Below the pieces are notes generated by a model that was given only the letters and a program-made list of their open reading frames with translations, was not told the DNA's origin and did no database searches. A stretch of 64,000 nt of DNA, from positions 40,982,001 through 41,046,000 of the forward strand of contig NC_043001.1 of NCBI RefSeq assembly GCF_006345805.1, written 5' to 3'. Of this stretch, positions 1-10,638 are shown piece after piece. The DNA comes from Octopus sinensis. Its lineage: Eukaryota. How positions within the stretch are numbered: the stretch's first letter is position 1; each line of letters starts with the position of its first letter. Both the position numbers and the translations under genes were made by a program.

Positions 1-351
1 ACTTTTGTAGGAGTGCTGTGACTTTTGATAAGCATTCCTTTGTCATATTGTAAGTTGAAAGGCTCTCCTAACTGAACAAATTGTGGTGGGTTGGTAGAGG
101 GGATGAGAGCCTCTGGGTAGAGATTAACAACTGGAAGTGGAATAGTTTGAATGTAGAAGTAGGAGCAGGGAATAAGTCATTTGCATAATGACAGTCTAAG
201 GTTTAGAGAGGGAGAAAGAGAGAGTAAATGGGAGAATAACAAAGACAGAGAGAATGAAACAGAGAGAAAGAGCTTAAGGGAGATATAAATGTAAGTGGGT
301 GAATTAAATGAAAATGAAGAGCAGAAAGTGTGAAAAGTTTTCAGAAAAGAA

Positions 352-397
352 ATTAGAGAAAGAGAGAGAGAGAGAGAGAGAATGTGTGTGTGTGTGT

Positions 398-436
<39 letters not shown>

Positions 437-646
437 AAAAAGTGAGAGAAAATTATTGAAAGATAGAAGAAAAAGGAGTGTAAAGTAGAAAGTAATAGGA
501 AGAGAAGGAATGAATGGAAATAAAAAGAATAGGAAGTGTGGGCAACTTATTGATTCATGTGTGTGTGTGTGTGTGGTGTGTGTGTGTGTATGTGTGTGTG
601 TGAGATATATCCACAAATATATAGATGTGTATGTATGCATGCATGC

Positions 647-742
<96 letters not shown>

Positions 743-760
743 GTATATATGAATATAAAT
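352..760. repeat. Microsatellite cluster (GA)n, (GT)n, (TA)n
   Basis: Directly visible dinucleotide runs. Confidence 0.95.
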
Positions 761-764
761 ATTT

Positions 765-1240
765 ATCAGACTATGACGCTATCACTGTATCAACCGGACC
801 ATCAGATGATGTCATACACTGCTGGTCACAATGCTCTTCCGATTCTGTCTTCATTCTGCCTTTCTTTACCATCTTGACCCAAATTTCTTGCCTAAATCGT
901 CTTCTCATAATCATGGAGGCCTTCCAAGTGGCGTTTTCTGATATCTTGGTTACCACTATGCAACTGAACAGCTTCATCTGTTGCCTGTGAACTTTGCAAT
1001 ATGTTTGGCCCAGCGGAACTTCTGCTTTCAATTCTCAAATTATCTCATTTAGACTATGCTCTATCAATGATATTCTTAGCATGGCTCTTTCCATGGTCCT
1101 TTGCATCATAGTCAATTGATGTTCTATCCTTTTTCATAGTAGCCCATGTCTTACTTGCATATAAGAGCAAAAGTAGGATGGTGCTATTGAACAGTCAGGC
1201 ACGTATCACATTGTCTAACTTTGCTTGGAGCACATCCTTG
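765..1240 (-). mobile_element. Decayed 3' fragment of an RTE/RTE-X-like LINE
   Basis: Minus-strand translation with frameshifts gives LFNSTIL..LLYASKTWA, QRTMERAMLRIS, KFRWAKHIAKF and PLGRPP..WED, the RTE-clade post-RT C-terminus. Confidence 0.6.
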
Positions 1241-1243
1241 ATG

Positions 1244-1277
<34 letters not shown>

Positions 1278-1687
1278 TGTATGTATGTATGAATGTATGT
1301 ATGCATGCATGCATGTATGTATTTGTGTATGTATGTATGTATGTATGTATGAATGCATGCATGTATGTATGTATGTATGTATGTATGTATGTATGTATGT
1401 ATGTATGTATGTATGTATGTATGTATGTATGTATGTATGTATGAATGTATGTAAGTATGTATGCATGTATGAATGTATGTAAGTATTATTTATGCATGTA
1501 TGTATGAATGTATGTAAATATTATTTATGCATGTATGTATGAATGTATGTATGTAAGTATGTATTTATGTATGTATGCATGCATGTATGAATGTAAGTAT
1601 GTATGTATGTATGAATGTATGTAAGTAGTTATGTATGTATGTATGTACATATGCATGTATGTATGTATGTTTGTATGTATGTATGTA
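1241..1687. repeat. (ATGT)n tetranucleotide microsatellite
   Basis: Directly visible. Confidence 0.95.
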
Positions 1688-2481
1688 CACAGTATAGTTA
1701 CAAAATTTGCAACCACATAGTTTCAGGTTCACCCCTATTGCTTGACACTGTAGGAGGTTGTCCTCTACTATAGCCTTGTGAACAAAACTGGTTGGTGGAG
1801 ACAACAAAGAAGTCCATTGTATCCATATGCATATGCACGCACACACACATACACACAATAATATATATATGTGTGTATATATGAGGGAATGAGGGAAGTG
1901 GTAGTGAGAGGAGCACTGTACTATGATTAGCACCATCAAAGCAAAAGATGGTAACATTGTTTACTTTATCTGTGGATTACATTCTTCATGCTTCAGCAGA
2001 TATGTGAGGACTGGTGAAATGAAAAATTACTTTAGTTGGGAAACAAAGAAGGGTTGGTAACAGGAAGAGCATCCAGCCATGGAGACTCTGCCTTAGTAAA
2101 GTTCACCTAACCCATGGAAACTATGATGATGATGATAAGTTGACGATGATGATGATATGTATGTATGTATGTCTGTATGTATCTATCCAGTAGTGGACTG
2201 AGTCTAAAAATATTGGCTTCCAGGAGACTAAGGGGGCCCACCTGCAAACACAATGCTATCAGTTTTTTTTTTGTTTTTTTTTTTGTTAAAATTATTCTTT
2301 TCATCTGTCCACAAACACAGCCAAGCTGAAATAATACATTCTTCCAGAAGTGAATAAAAAATTCTCAAACTTGAAGGGATGGGCCCCTTAGATACTGACA
2401 TGGGGCCCCCATATATGGCTTTTAATGGTGCAGGGGCCTACTTGCCATCAGGCAAAGCTGGCAACCTGGCCAGTCCACCAT

Positions 2482-2505
2482 TCTATCTATCTATCTATCT
2501 AACTG

Positions 2506-2584
<79 letters not shown>

Positions 2585-2603
2585 GTCTATCTATCTATCT
2601 ACC

Positions 2604-2635
<32 letters not shown>

Positions 2636-2648
2636 CACACACACACAA
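2482..2648. repeat. (CTAT)n/(TA)n/(CA)n microsatellite
   Basis: Directly visible. Confidence 0.95.
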
Positions 2649-2668
2649 TTATATGGTATATATGTGTA

Positions 2669-2852
2669 TAGAAAGAATAGCTATAACTCTTTGACTGCTA
2701 TTTCTAAATTCGGTGTGTGGTGAGGCAAATCGTTGCTAAACTCTTAATTACTTAGTATTACTTAAACCTTCCTTGAATGGGGCTTTTACATGCCGAAATA
2801 TACTTGGTGAAATTAAGGATTATTCCAAATTAATTAATTTCACCCTATATTT
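2669..2852 (+). mobile_element. 3'-terminal fragment of the element family forming the 49204-50126 palindrome
   Basis: 2669-2758 is nearly identical to 50040-50129 (TAGAAAGAATAGCTATAA...AATTACTTAGTAT). It continues about 95 nt further and ends in (TA)n. Confidence 0.8.
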
Positions 2853-3104
2853 TTATATATATATATATATAATTAATAATATCAAAGGGTAATCAGAAAT
2901 ATTAGTAATTTCCATTACCAGTGGCCTAGCATGCAATAATTTAGTCAATAGACTATATATTATTCATATATAGAAGGTAAATGTTTTTATTTTTCCATTC
3001 CCTTCGAAATTTTATCCCTAATAGTGGTTTGGAATTTAACTGTTCTCTCTAGCCTACAAGGAGTCCTATGATGGATGCCTCTTATGTGTTTAAATGTACA
3101 CTGT

Positions 3105-3135
<31 letters not shown>

Positions 3136-3395
3136 GGAAAATGGATATTAAGTGATGATAATGATGATGGTGGTGGTGGTGGTGGTGACGACGACGATGA
3201 TGACCATGATGAGGAGGAAATTAATATATATATATACATGCACATACACCTATGTGTATATGACTATATGTATATACACCATGTGTGTGTGTGCGTGTGT
3301 GTGTATGTGCATACATTGCATATTATCATCAAGATATATTCATATATATATATACCTAAATAAACACACACACACACTCACATTCATACACTCAT

Positions 3396-3433
<38 letters not shown>

Positions 3434-3499
3434 AAATATACACAACACACACATTCATACACTCATGGATATATATATATATAAATAAATATATATATA

Positions 3500-3537
<38 letters not shown>

Positions 3538-3539
<2 letters not shown>

Positions 3540-4290
3540 CATTATTGGTGAATTGAAGAAATGGAGCTGAACGCAGATTGAACAGAAATCGTTTTATTTC
3601 ATTCTACACGTGTTTCGAAAGGCACAAATTACCAAAATCCGATTGAATAATGGGACCATATTGTGTCTTTCTCTTCAGGAAGAAAAAAGGAAATCCGTTG
3701 GAAAAACAAAAACAGAACAGAGGCGGAGCAAAAAACAAATCGAACTGTGCTCCTAAGAGCCCATGGCGAAACTGTTTATCAGTGTATGTTGAGAACCGGT
3801 GGCTGCAGAATTCAACGGGTCAGGCATCGGTCAATCATGTGGGTGAGGGTGTATAGATGTTCTTTGTGACCGAGAATAAAGTTCTGACTATTTAAAGAAT
3901 ATTGGATGTTTTATAAGGGGCGAGAAAAAATCTACTTAGAGACGTGTGTGTGTGTATACTGTTCTATATATGTGTGTGTTGGCGTAGGGGTAGAAAACAT
4001 TTTTTGTGTACGTGTGTGCGTTTGATCGTTCGGCTGTCAGTGGCTACTGCCGTGATAACCGTTGGGTGGCAGAAAGAAAAAAAATATATAAAAAAATTTA
4101 TATATATATTATGTTTTATGTGTGTGTGTGTGTGTTCATCTAAGCCTGCCTAGACAAGGAAACCCCCCGCTGTGAAAAAACCAAGCCCCGTTTGTCTTAC
4201 AGGAGTAATTTCCCTTGCAGTGGTTAATCGTAGATATCTTAAAGGCTATTTCAGAATTTGTTACCAAGGGCTATGGGTGCCGGTATTATT
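3538..4290 (-). repeat. Left inverted arm (753 bp), reverse complement of 5527-6281
   Basis: End-to-end reverse-complement match. By eye only one substitution (ctgCagaa vs ctgAagaa) and one TA-unit indel. Confidence 0.97.
3597..3688 (-). ncRNA. Type I hammerhead ribozyme (mirror copy)
   Basis: Reverse complement of 6131-6222; TCTTCAG at 3672-3678. Confidence 0.8.
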
Positions 4291-5518
4291 CGGTCATCAG
4301 GATAGGGCCGTATATAATAACATTAACATTTTAAGTAAGGACGGGAGCGCGGCGGATGCCGGGGTAGTCGCTCCCGCATTTAATTTAGCGAACAAGGATA
4401 ATTATCGGTCCGGGAGGTCTTACACTAACCCAAGACCCGTTATTCATCCGAGAATCACCCACCCGAATGCGAGAGCTGGCGTCCCGACCCATCACACTGA
4501 TAGGAATAAGCATATATGGTTTGTAATCCCCTTTGGTAAGCAGATTAGAACTAACCTCCCCCTCATGTTTAGACAAGCCATCGCCAATAACTTCCCCAGA
4601 AATTCCAAATATTACTCCACGGTTAACTCACATAAAGTTAGGATAGCTTTCTCCAACACTAAAAACCTCGCCCAGATAATCGCCTCCCATAATAATAGGC
4701 TACTTACTAAGACCCTATCACCTTTTTCCGGAGGCACAGCCTCTTCCGCTCCCGGTTTAATGCTCAGTAGGAATAATTATAGTAGTAATAATGATATGAG
4801 AGCCAGTACAGTGACACATAATCTCAGCTCCAGCCAGGGAGTACCCACTAGGGGTATAGTTATAAATAGGGGTGTTGTGGTTGACGGTAACAATGGGAGT
4901 AGGGTAGAGAGCCCCATTAGCATCCCCAGCATCATTTCCCGCAATAGCAGTACCACGGGCAGTAGCAATGACAGCACTCTGATAGATAGTGGAGAATCAG
5001 GGGTTATTCCTATAGTTAATAGTGACGTAGTGGAAAATAGAGTAGTAAGCGGCTGCAGGTCTCGGAACGAATATAGTGACAGGAACGCAGTTCTAATTTC
5101 AGAAACCAATCCTAGCAGATTAAGATTCACGTCGGCGAACTCCAAGATCAAAAACGCCGTCTACCAATGCAAGGTTCACACGGACTCAGATGCCTTCACT
5201 TATGTAGGGGCATCATCCTCAAGATTGTCTTTGCGTGTCTCCAACCATTACGCAACTTTTCGGGACGTGAACAAGCGCCAGACCACGGGACTCAGTAAGC
5301 TAATATGGCGACTGAAGGATGCGAACTTAAGCTATAGGCTGGAATGGTCAATTTTGTCGGTGGCCCTCCCATTTGATAGGGGCAGAAGACAGTGCAACCT
5401 TTGTGTCTCCGAACTCTTCCATATTTTGTTTGCCAGAGGCCGGATGGTAAACGGGCTCTTACAGTCGGCTTTTCGATGCCCCCATTGGCGGCGTTACACT
5501 TATCTGGCCTTTAAATAG
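4172..5518 (+). CDS. C-terminal part of a Penelope-like polyprotein: linker plus GIY-YIG endonuclease, no RT
   Basis: KHIWFVIPFGKQIRTNL...NFP...VRIAFSNTKNLAQIIASHN is a PLE linker. AVY...YVG...R..NH...LSKLIWRLK...EWSIL...CNLCVSE...RCPH is a GIY-YIG domain. No stops. The first ~40 codons come from the inverted arm; native coding starts near 4291. Confidence 0.88.
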   Translation: MKKPSPVCLTGVISLAVVNRRYLKGYFRICYQGLWVPVLFGHQDRAVYNNINILSKDGSAADAGVVAPAFNLANKDNYRSGRSYTNPRPVIHPRITHPNARAGVPTHHTDRNKHIWFVIPFGKQIRTNLPLMFRQAIANNFPRNSKYYSTVNSHKVRIAFSNTKNLAQIIASHNNRLLTKTLSPFSGGTASSAPGLMLSRNNYSSNNDMRASTVTHNLSSSQGVPTRGIVINRGVVVDGNNGSRVESPISIPSIISRNSSTTGSSNDSTLIDSGESGVIPIVNSDVVENRVVSGCRSRNEYSDRNAVLISETNPSRLRFTSANSKIKNAVYQCKVHTDSDAFTYVGASSSRLSLRVSNHYATFRDVNKRQTTGLSKLIWRLKDANLSYRLEWSILSVALPFDRGRRQCNLCVSELFHILFARGRMVNGLLQSAFRCPHWRRYTYLAFK

Positions 5519-5526
5519 CGTTTATA

Positions 5527-6281
5527 AATAATACCGGCACCCATAGCCCTTGGTAACAAATTCTGAAATAGCCTTTAAGATATCTACGATTAACCACTGC
5601 AAGGGAAATTACTCCTGTAAGACAAACGGGGCTTGGTTTTTTCACAGCGGGGGGTTTCCTTGTCTAGGCAGGCTTAGATGAACACACACACACACACATA
5701 AAACATAATATATATATATAAATTTTTTTATATATTTTTTTTCTTTCTGCCACCCAACGGTTATCACGGCAGTAGCCACTGACAGCCGAACGATCAAACG
5801 CACACACGTACACAAAAAATGTTTTCTACCCCTACGCCAACACACACATATATAGAACAGTATACACACACACACGTCTCTAAGTAGATTTTTTCTCGCC
5901 CCTTATAAAACATCCAATATTCTTTAAATAGTCAGAACTTTATTCTCGGTCACAAAGAACATCTATACACCCTCACCCACATGATTGACCGATGCCTGAC
6001 CCGTTGAATTCTTCAGCCACCGGTTCTCAACATACACTGATAAACAGTTTCGCCATGGGCTCTTAGGAGCACAGTTCGATTTGTTTTTTGCTCCGCCTCT
6101 GTTCTGTTTTTGTTTTTCCAACGGATTTCCTTTTTTCTTCCTGAAGAGAAAGACACAATATGGTCCCATTATTCAATCGGATTTTGGTAATTTGTGCCTT
6201 TCGAAACACGTGTAGAATGAAATAAAACGATTTCTGTTCAATCTGCGTTCAGCTCCATTTCTTCAATTCACCAATAATGTT
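5527..6281 (+). repeat. Right arm (755 bp), pseudo-LTR/3' UTR of the Penelope-like element
   Basis: Starts 9 nt after the ORF stop; reverse complement of 3538-4290. Confidence 0.97.
6131..6222 (+). ncRNA. Type I hammerhead ribozyme
   Basis: CTGAAGA 6141-6147; stem II GAAAGaCACAA/TTGTGcCTTTC; GAAA 6203-6206; minimal palindromic stem III CACGTG; GTA triplet 6212-6214; short stem I TTC/GAA; AATAAA at 6221-6226. Confidence 0.82.
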
Positions 6282-6430
6282 TTAATTTCAATTATCCGCA
6301 CCAACGCACGGTTGCAACGCCAGATGGTTGTACCTCCAACCGTGCTGTTTACTGCTGTGATTTTTGCTACTAAGGTATCGGTTAAACTTTTGATTAATCT
6401 ACTACAAGATTATTCATCTTTCTATTTCAC

Positions 6431-6481
<51 letters not shown>

Positions 6482-7189
6482 TATAAACAAGTTTAAATCA
6501 AGAATGCTAGCCTACAATGTATTGTCCAGTGAAGAAGAGAATTTTGTGCACAATTTTTGAGACATGAATCACTCTGAACTTGAATAATATGTATGGCAGA
6601 CTCATTGCTTGGGAGTTTTAGAAACCTAAGCTGATTGGGAAGAAGAGAACTGAATAAAGAAAATAAGTTGCAGAAAGAGTGTTAACATGCAAAGAGAGAG
6701 TGAGGCAATGAGTAAGAGGATAATGAAAGGATGAGGAAAAAGTGGTAGAAGGATAGTGGGAATGAAGGTTTGGTGGATATGAATGGAGAAGTGCATGAGA
6801 AATCTCAATCAAAAGAGAAAGCATGCCAGAATGGTAAGAAATAATTGTATGAGAGATGTGGCAGTGGAGGTTGATGCAGAGCAGAGAAATTAGCAAAACA
6901 AGCATTTAAAACTGGTTATGATTGCCGAAAATCTTCCTAATTTTGTTATCAATGAAGTTTTAACATATCATTGAAAGATTTAACAGGCTACCCATATCAG
7001 CAAAGAATATTGTATGTGACTCAGTTTCAATTTGCAGTTATTGTTTGTGTTGTTGTTCTTGTTGCTTCCATAAATTTACTTCTTTGGCATGTTTGAATGA
7101 GCCAGCTAACACCTTTCATTCTGAACATGTTTATGACTGAAAAAAACAACAAATACAAAGAAGAATAAGAACAACAACAACAACAACAA

Positions 7190-7400
7190 TGGTTTCAAAT
7201 TTTGCCACAAGGGCAGCAATTTTGGGGGAGGGGATGAGTCAATTACATCAACCCAGTCTTCAACTGGCACTTATTTTATGGACCCTGAAGGGATCAAAGG
7301 CAAAGCCGATCTCAGCAGAATTTGAACTCAGAACAGAGCAATGGGTAAAATACTCCTAAGCATTTCCTCCAGCATGCTAATGATTCTGCCAGCATGCCAT
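7190..7400 (-). mobile_element. tRNA-derived SINE, family B
   Basis: Related copies at ~25537-25700 (+), 32466-32648 (-), 50487-50667 (-), 59610-59802 (-) and 60600-60750 (-); B-box-like GAGTTCAAATTC. Confidence 0.75.
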
Positions 7401-7403
7401 CTT

Positions 7404-7425
7404 GATAATAATAATAATAATAATG

Positions 7426-7514
<89 letters not shown>

Positions 7515-7536
7515 CATTATTATTATTATTATTATA

Positions 7537-7567
<31 letters not shown>

Positions 7568-7610
7568 GATGATGATGATGAAGATGATGATGAAGATGAT
7601 GATAATAATA
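7404..7610. repeat. (AAT)n/(ATT)n/(GAT)n microsatellite
   Basis: Directly visible; more at 8009-8104 and 8309-8405. Confidence 0.95.
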
Positions 7611-8007
7611 CTCTTTTACTCTTTTACTTGTTTCAGTCATTTTGACTGCGGCCATGCTGGAGCACCACCGTTAGTCGAGCAACTTGACCCCAGGACTTAT
7701 TCTTTGTAAGCCCAGTACTTATTCTATCAGTCTCTTTTGCCGAACCGCTAAGTGACGGGGACGTAAACACACCAGCATCAGTTGTCAAGCAATGCTAGGG
7801 GGACAAACACAGACACACAAACACACACACTTACATATATATATATATATATATATACGACAGGCTTCTTTCAGTTTCCGTCTACCAAATCCACTCACAA
7901 GGCATTGGTCGGCCTGAAGCTATAGCAGAAGACATTTGCCCAAGATGCCACGCAGTGGGACTCAACCCGGAACCATGTGGTTGGTTAGCAAGCTTCTTAC
8001 CACACAG
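7610..8007 (-). mobile_element. tRNA-derived SINE, family A
   Basis: Reverse complement of the ~430 bp repeat at 21528, 26076, 38158 and 51362. Confidence 0.85.
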
Positions 8008-8052
8008 CTTATTATTATTATTATTATTATAATGATGATGATGATGATGATG

Positions 8053-8107
<55 letters not shown>

Positions 8108-8319
8108 TGTGGACACTGGTTGCTCTCGTTCATACTTTACGTTTAAATTTCTATAATTTTGAATTTTTATCACTTCTTATTTTGAACTTGACAAAGACAG
8201 ACTTACATTGAAATATCGTTCAACTAATAAAATATCTTACAATCAAATCGCGCTCTTCGTTTTGACTGTTTACCTTTGTGAAGAGTTACGTCAATCCTTT
8301 TTAAAATATAATAATGATG

Positions 8320-8368
<49 letters not shown>

Positions 8369-8726
8369 CAACAACAACAACAACAATACTAATAATAACA
8401 ATGATAAAGATTCTTCTTACATTAATTATAATAACAGTAAGAGGTGAGGGAAATCATTTCTTTCTTTATGCAACTAAATTGCTGTGAAATTTGCTTGAAG
8501 AAAATTGATAGATATATCAAGAGAAATGTATCAAAAATGAATCCATAGGGCCAGAATTTCGTGACACATCAGTAAAAATGTAAAGAAAATTATTTTTTAG
8601 TTTAAATCTGTTGTTGGTATTTTGTTGTATTTCTGAGTAGAATACATTTTCTTTAATAAGTTTTAATATACAAAGCTTTTAAATGTTGGTAGCAGAATAT
8701 CTAGAGATATTACAGGCATAGATTGT

Positions 8727-9030
8727 TGTTTGTTTCTTCTCAAGCCATGCCTGGCTCATAGGGCTGGTTTCCCGGTTTCTTGGCGTTTAGGTTCCCCACC
8801 TGGACGGGACGCCGGCCCATTGCAGGTGAGCTGCAAGATGCAGGAGGAAGGGTGAAAGAAAATTGTGGCGGAAGAGTCAGCAGCAGTTTCACCATTACCT
8901 TCTGCCAGAGTCGCATGGAGCTTAGGTTTTTCGCTCATAAACACACACATCGTCTGGTCTGAGATTCTAACCCGCAATCCCTCGACCATGAGTCCGCTGC
9001 TCTAACCACTAGGCCATGTGCCTCCACAAC
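8727..9030 (-). mobile_element. tRNA-derived SINE
   Basis: Minus-strand head GGAGGCACATGGCCTAGTGGTTAGAGC...GGGTTAGAATCTC has A- and B-box-like motifs, followed by a non-tRNA body. Confidence 0.65.
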
Positions 9031-9159
9031 TAAGTTTATGTATGTACATGTATGTACATGTGCATGTATGCATTTATTGGCATAAATAAAGTTTGCTTTC
9101 CAAACTCATGATTTTGAGTTCAGTCCCACCTTAGGCAAATGTCATCTACTAAACCTCAG

Positions 9160-10632
9160 CCTCCTCCTATTTATCATAGTCCTTCAGGCAATAACAGAGG
9201 AATTCAAAACAGGATGCCCCTGGGAGCTCCTCTATGCTGATGACCTTGCTCTAATTGTTGAGTCACTATCAGAACTAGAAGATAAGTTTCAGGTATTGAA
9301 GCAAGGATTAGAATCAAAGGGCCTTAGAGTCAACCAAGCTAAAACCAAAGTCCTAATAAGTAGGAAAGCAGACAAACCAGAAATCCCTTCAGGTAGATGG
9401 CCCTGCTCGATCTGTAGAAAAAGGCATAGGTAGAAACTCTATAAGATGTACCCAGTGTAAGCTATGGACACATAAGAGGTGCAGCAATATCAAAGGAAGG
9501 CTAACTAGGAAGATAGCTTTTGCATGTGGCAGATGCTCAGGAGCAATAAACACTGAAAATGTGCAGAGAACAACTTCTGCCACATTCCAGGGAGAAAAAC
9601 TAGAAGTAGTTGATAGCTTCCGTTACCTGGGTAACCAAGTCAGTAGCGGGGGTGGGTGTTCTGAAAATGTAGCTGATAGAATAAGAATAGCCTGGGCAAA
9701 GTTCAGAGAGCTCTTACCTCTGCTGGTGACAAAGTGCCTCTCGCTCAGAGTAAAAGGTAGACTATAACACATGTGTATGCCATGCTACATGGCAGTGAAA
9801 CATGAGCCATGACTGCTGAGGACATGTGTAACTTTGCAAGGAATGAAGCCAGTATGCTCCACTGGCTGTGTAATGTTAGTGTGCATATTCAACAGAGTGT
9901 AAGTACCTTGAGAGAAAAGTTGGACCTAAGAAGCATCAGATGTGGTGTGCAAGAGAGACGACTGCACTGGTATAGTCATGTCGTGAGAATGGGTGAGAAA
10001 AGCTGTGTGAAAAAGTGCCACATCCTAGTGGTTGAGGGAACCTGTGGAAGAGGTAGACCCAAGAAGACCTGGGATGAGGTGGTGAAGCACGACCTTCGAA
10101 CATTAGGCCTCACCAAGGCAATGACTAGTGACTGAGACCTTTAGAAAAATGAGAAGACCCGGCAAGCCAAGTGAGACCATAACCCATGGCCTATGCCAGG
10201 GGTATAACCAGCCCACTTATGCATACCTTTCCTTCATTGGACATTAAACTCCGTTTGTGAAAACCTTTTGAGGCAAGTGAGATCGAAATTGAAATCAAAT
10301 TTGATAACAGCACCACATGACTGGTACCTGTGCTAGTGGAGCTCTATGAGCACCATTCAAGTATTGCTTCAGTGCCAGTGGAACGTAAAAGCACCATTTG
10401 AGTGTGGCCATTGCCAGTACCACCAGACTGGCCTTCGTGCTGGTGGCACGTAAAAGCACCCACTACACTCTCGGAGTGGTTAGCATTAGGAAGGGCATCA
10501 AGTTGTAGAAACTCTGCCAGATCAGACTGCAGCCTGGTGCAGCCATCTGGTTCGCTGTCCTCAATCAAATCATCCAACCCATGCTAGCATGGAAAATGGA
10601 CGCTAAACGATGATGATTAATGATGATGATGA
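9160..10632 (+). mobile_element. RTE-clade LINE, 5'-truncated and degenerate
   Basis: PWELLYADDLAL, GLRVN..KTK, FRYLG, AWAKFRELLPLL, MLHGSET, GRGRPKKTW; (GAT)n tail; homologous to three other copies in the window. Confidence 0.92.
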
Positions 10633-10638
10633 TATATA

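Larger units (their letters stand above)
3538..6432 (+). mobile_element. Penelope-like retroelement, 5'-truncated, with inverted pseudo-LTR, inserted in (TA)n
   Basis: Inverted arms 3538-4290 and 5527-6281 flank a GIY-YIG ORF. Each arm has a hammerhead motif. A ~150 nt unique tail (6282-6432) follows the right arm. (TA)n lies on both sides. Confidence 0.9.

Noticed and set aside
353-1957. ORFs rich in YI, CV, HT and MYVC repeats (also 3094-3484, 7341-8447, 13675-13981, 51037-52126)
   Set aside because: Translations of microsatellites that lack stop codons; no evidence of real coding.
4172-4290. GTG start and N-terminal 40 aa of the 448 aa ORF
   Set aside because: Lies in the inverted UTR arm, so it is a chance in-frame extension rather than a native N-terminus.
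4777-5151. Leu-rich antisense ORF
   Set aside because: Shadow of the Ser/Asn-rich sense-strand codons.
3650-6169. Mirror ORF pairs 3650-3856/5963-6169 and 3944-4153/5642-5875
   Set aside because: By-products of the inverted repeat; short and without recognisable motifs.
3538-6281. Interpretation as a cut-and-paste DNA transposon with long TIRs
   Set aside because: The ORF is GIY-YIG rather than DDE, the right arm has an extra tail and the arms carry hammerheads, all pointing to a Penelope-like retroelement.
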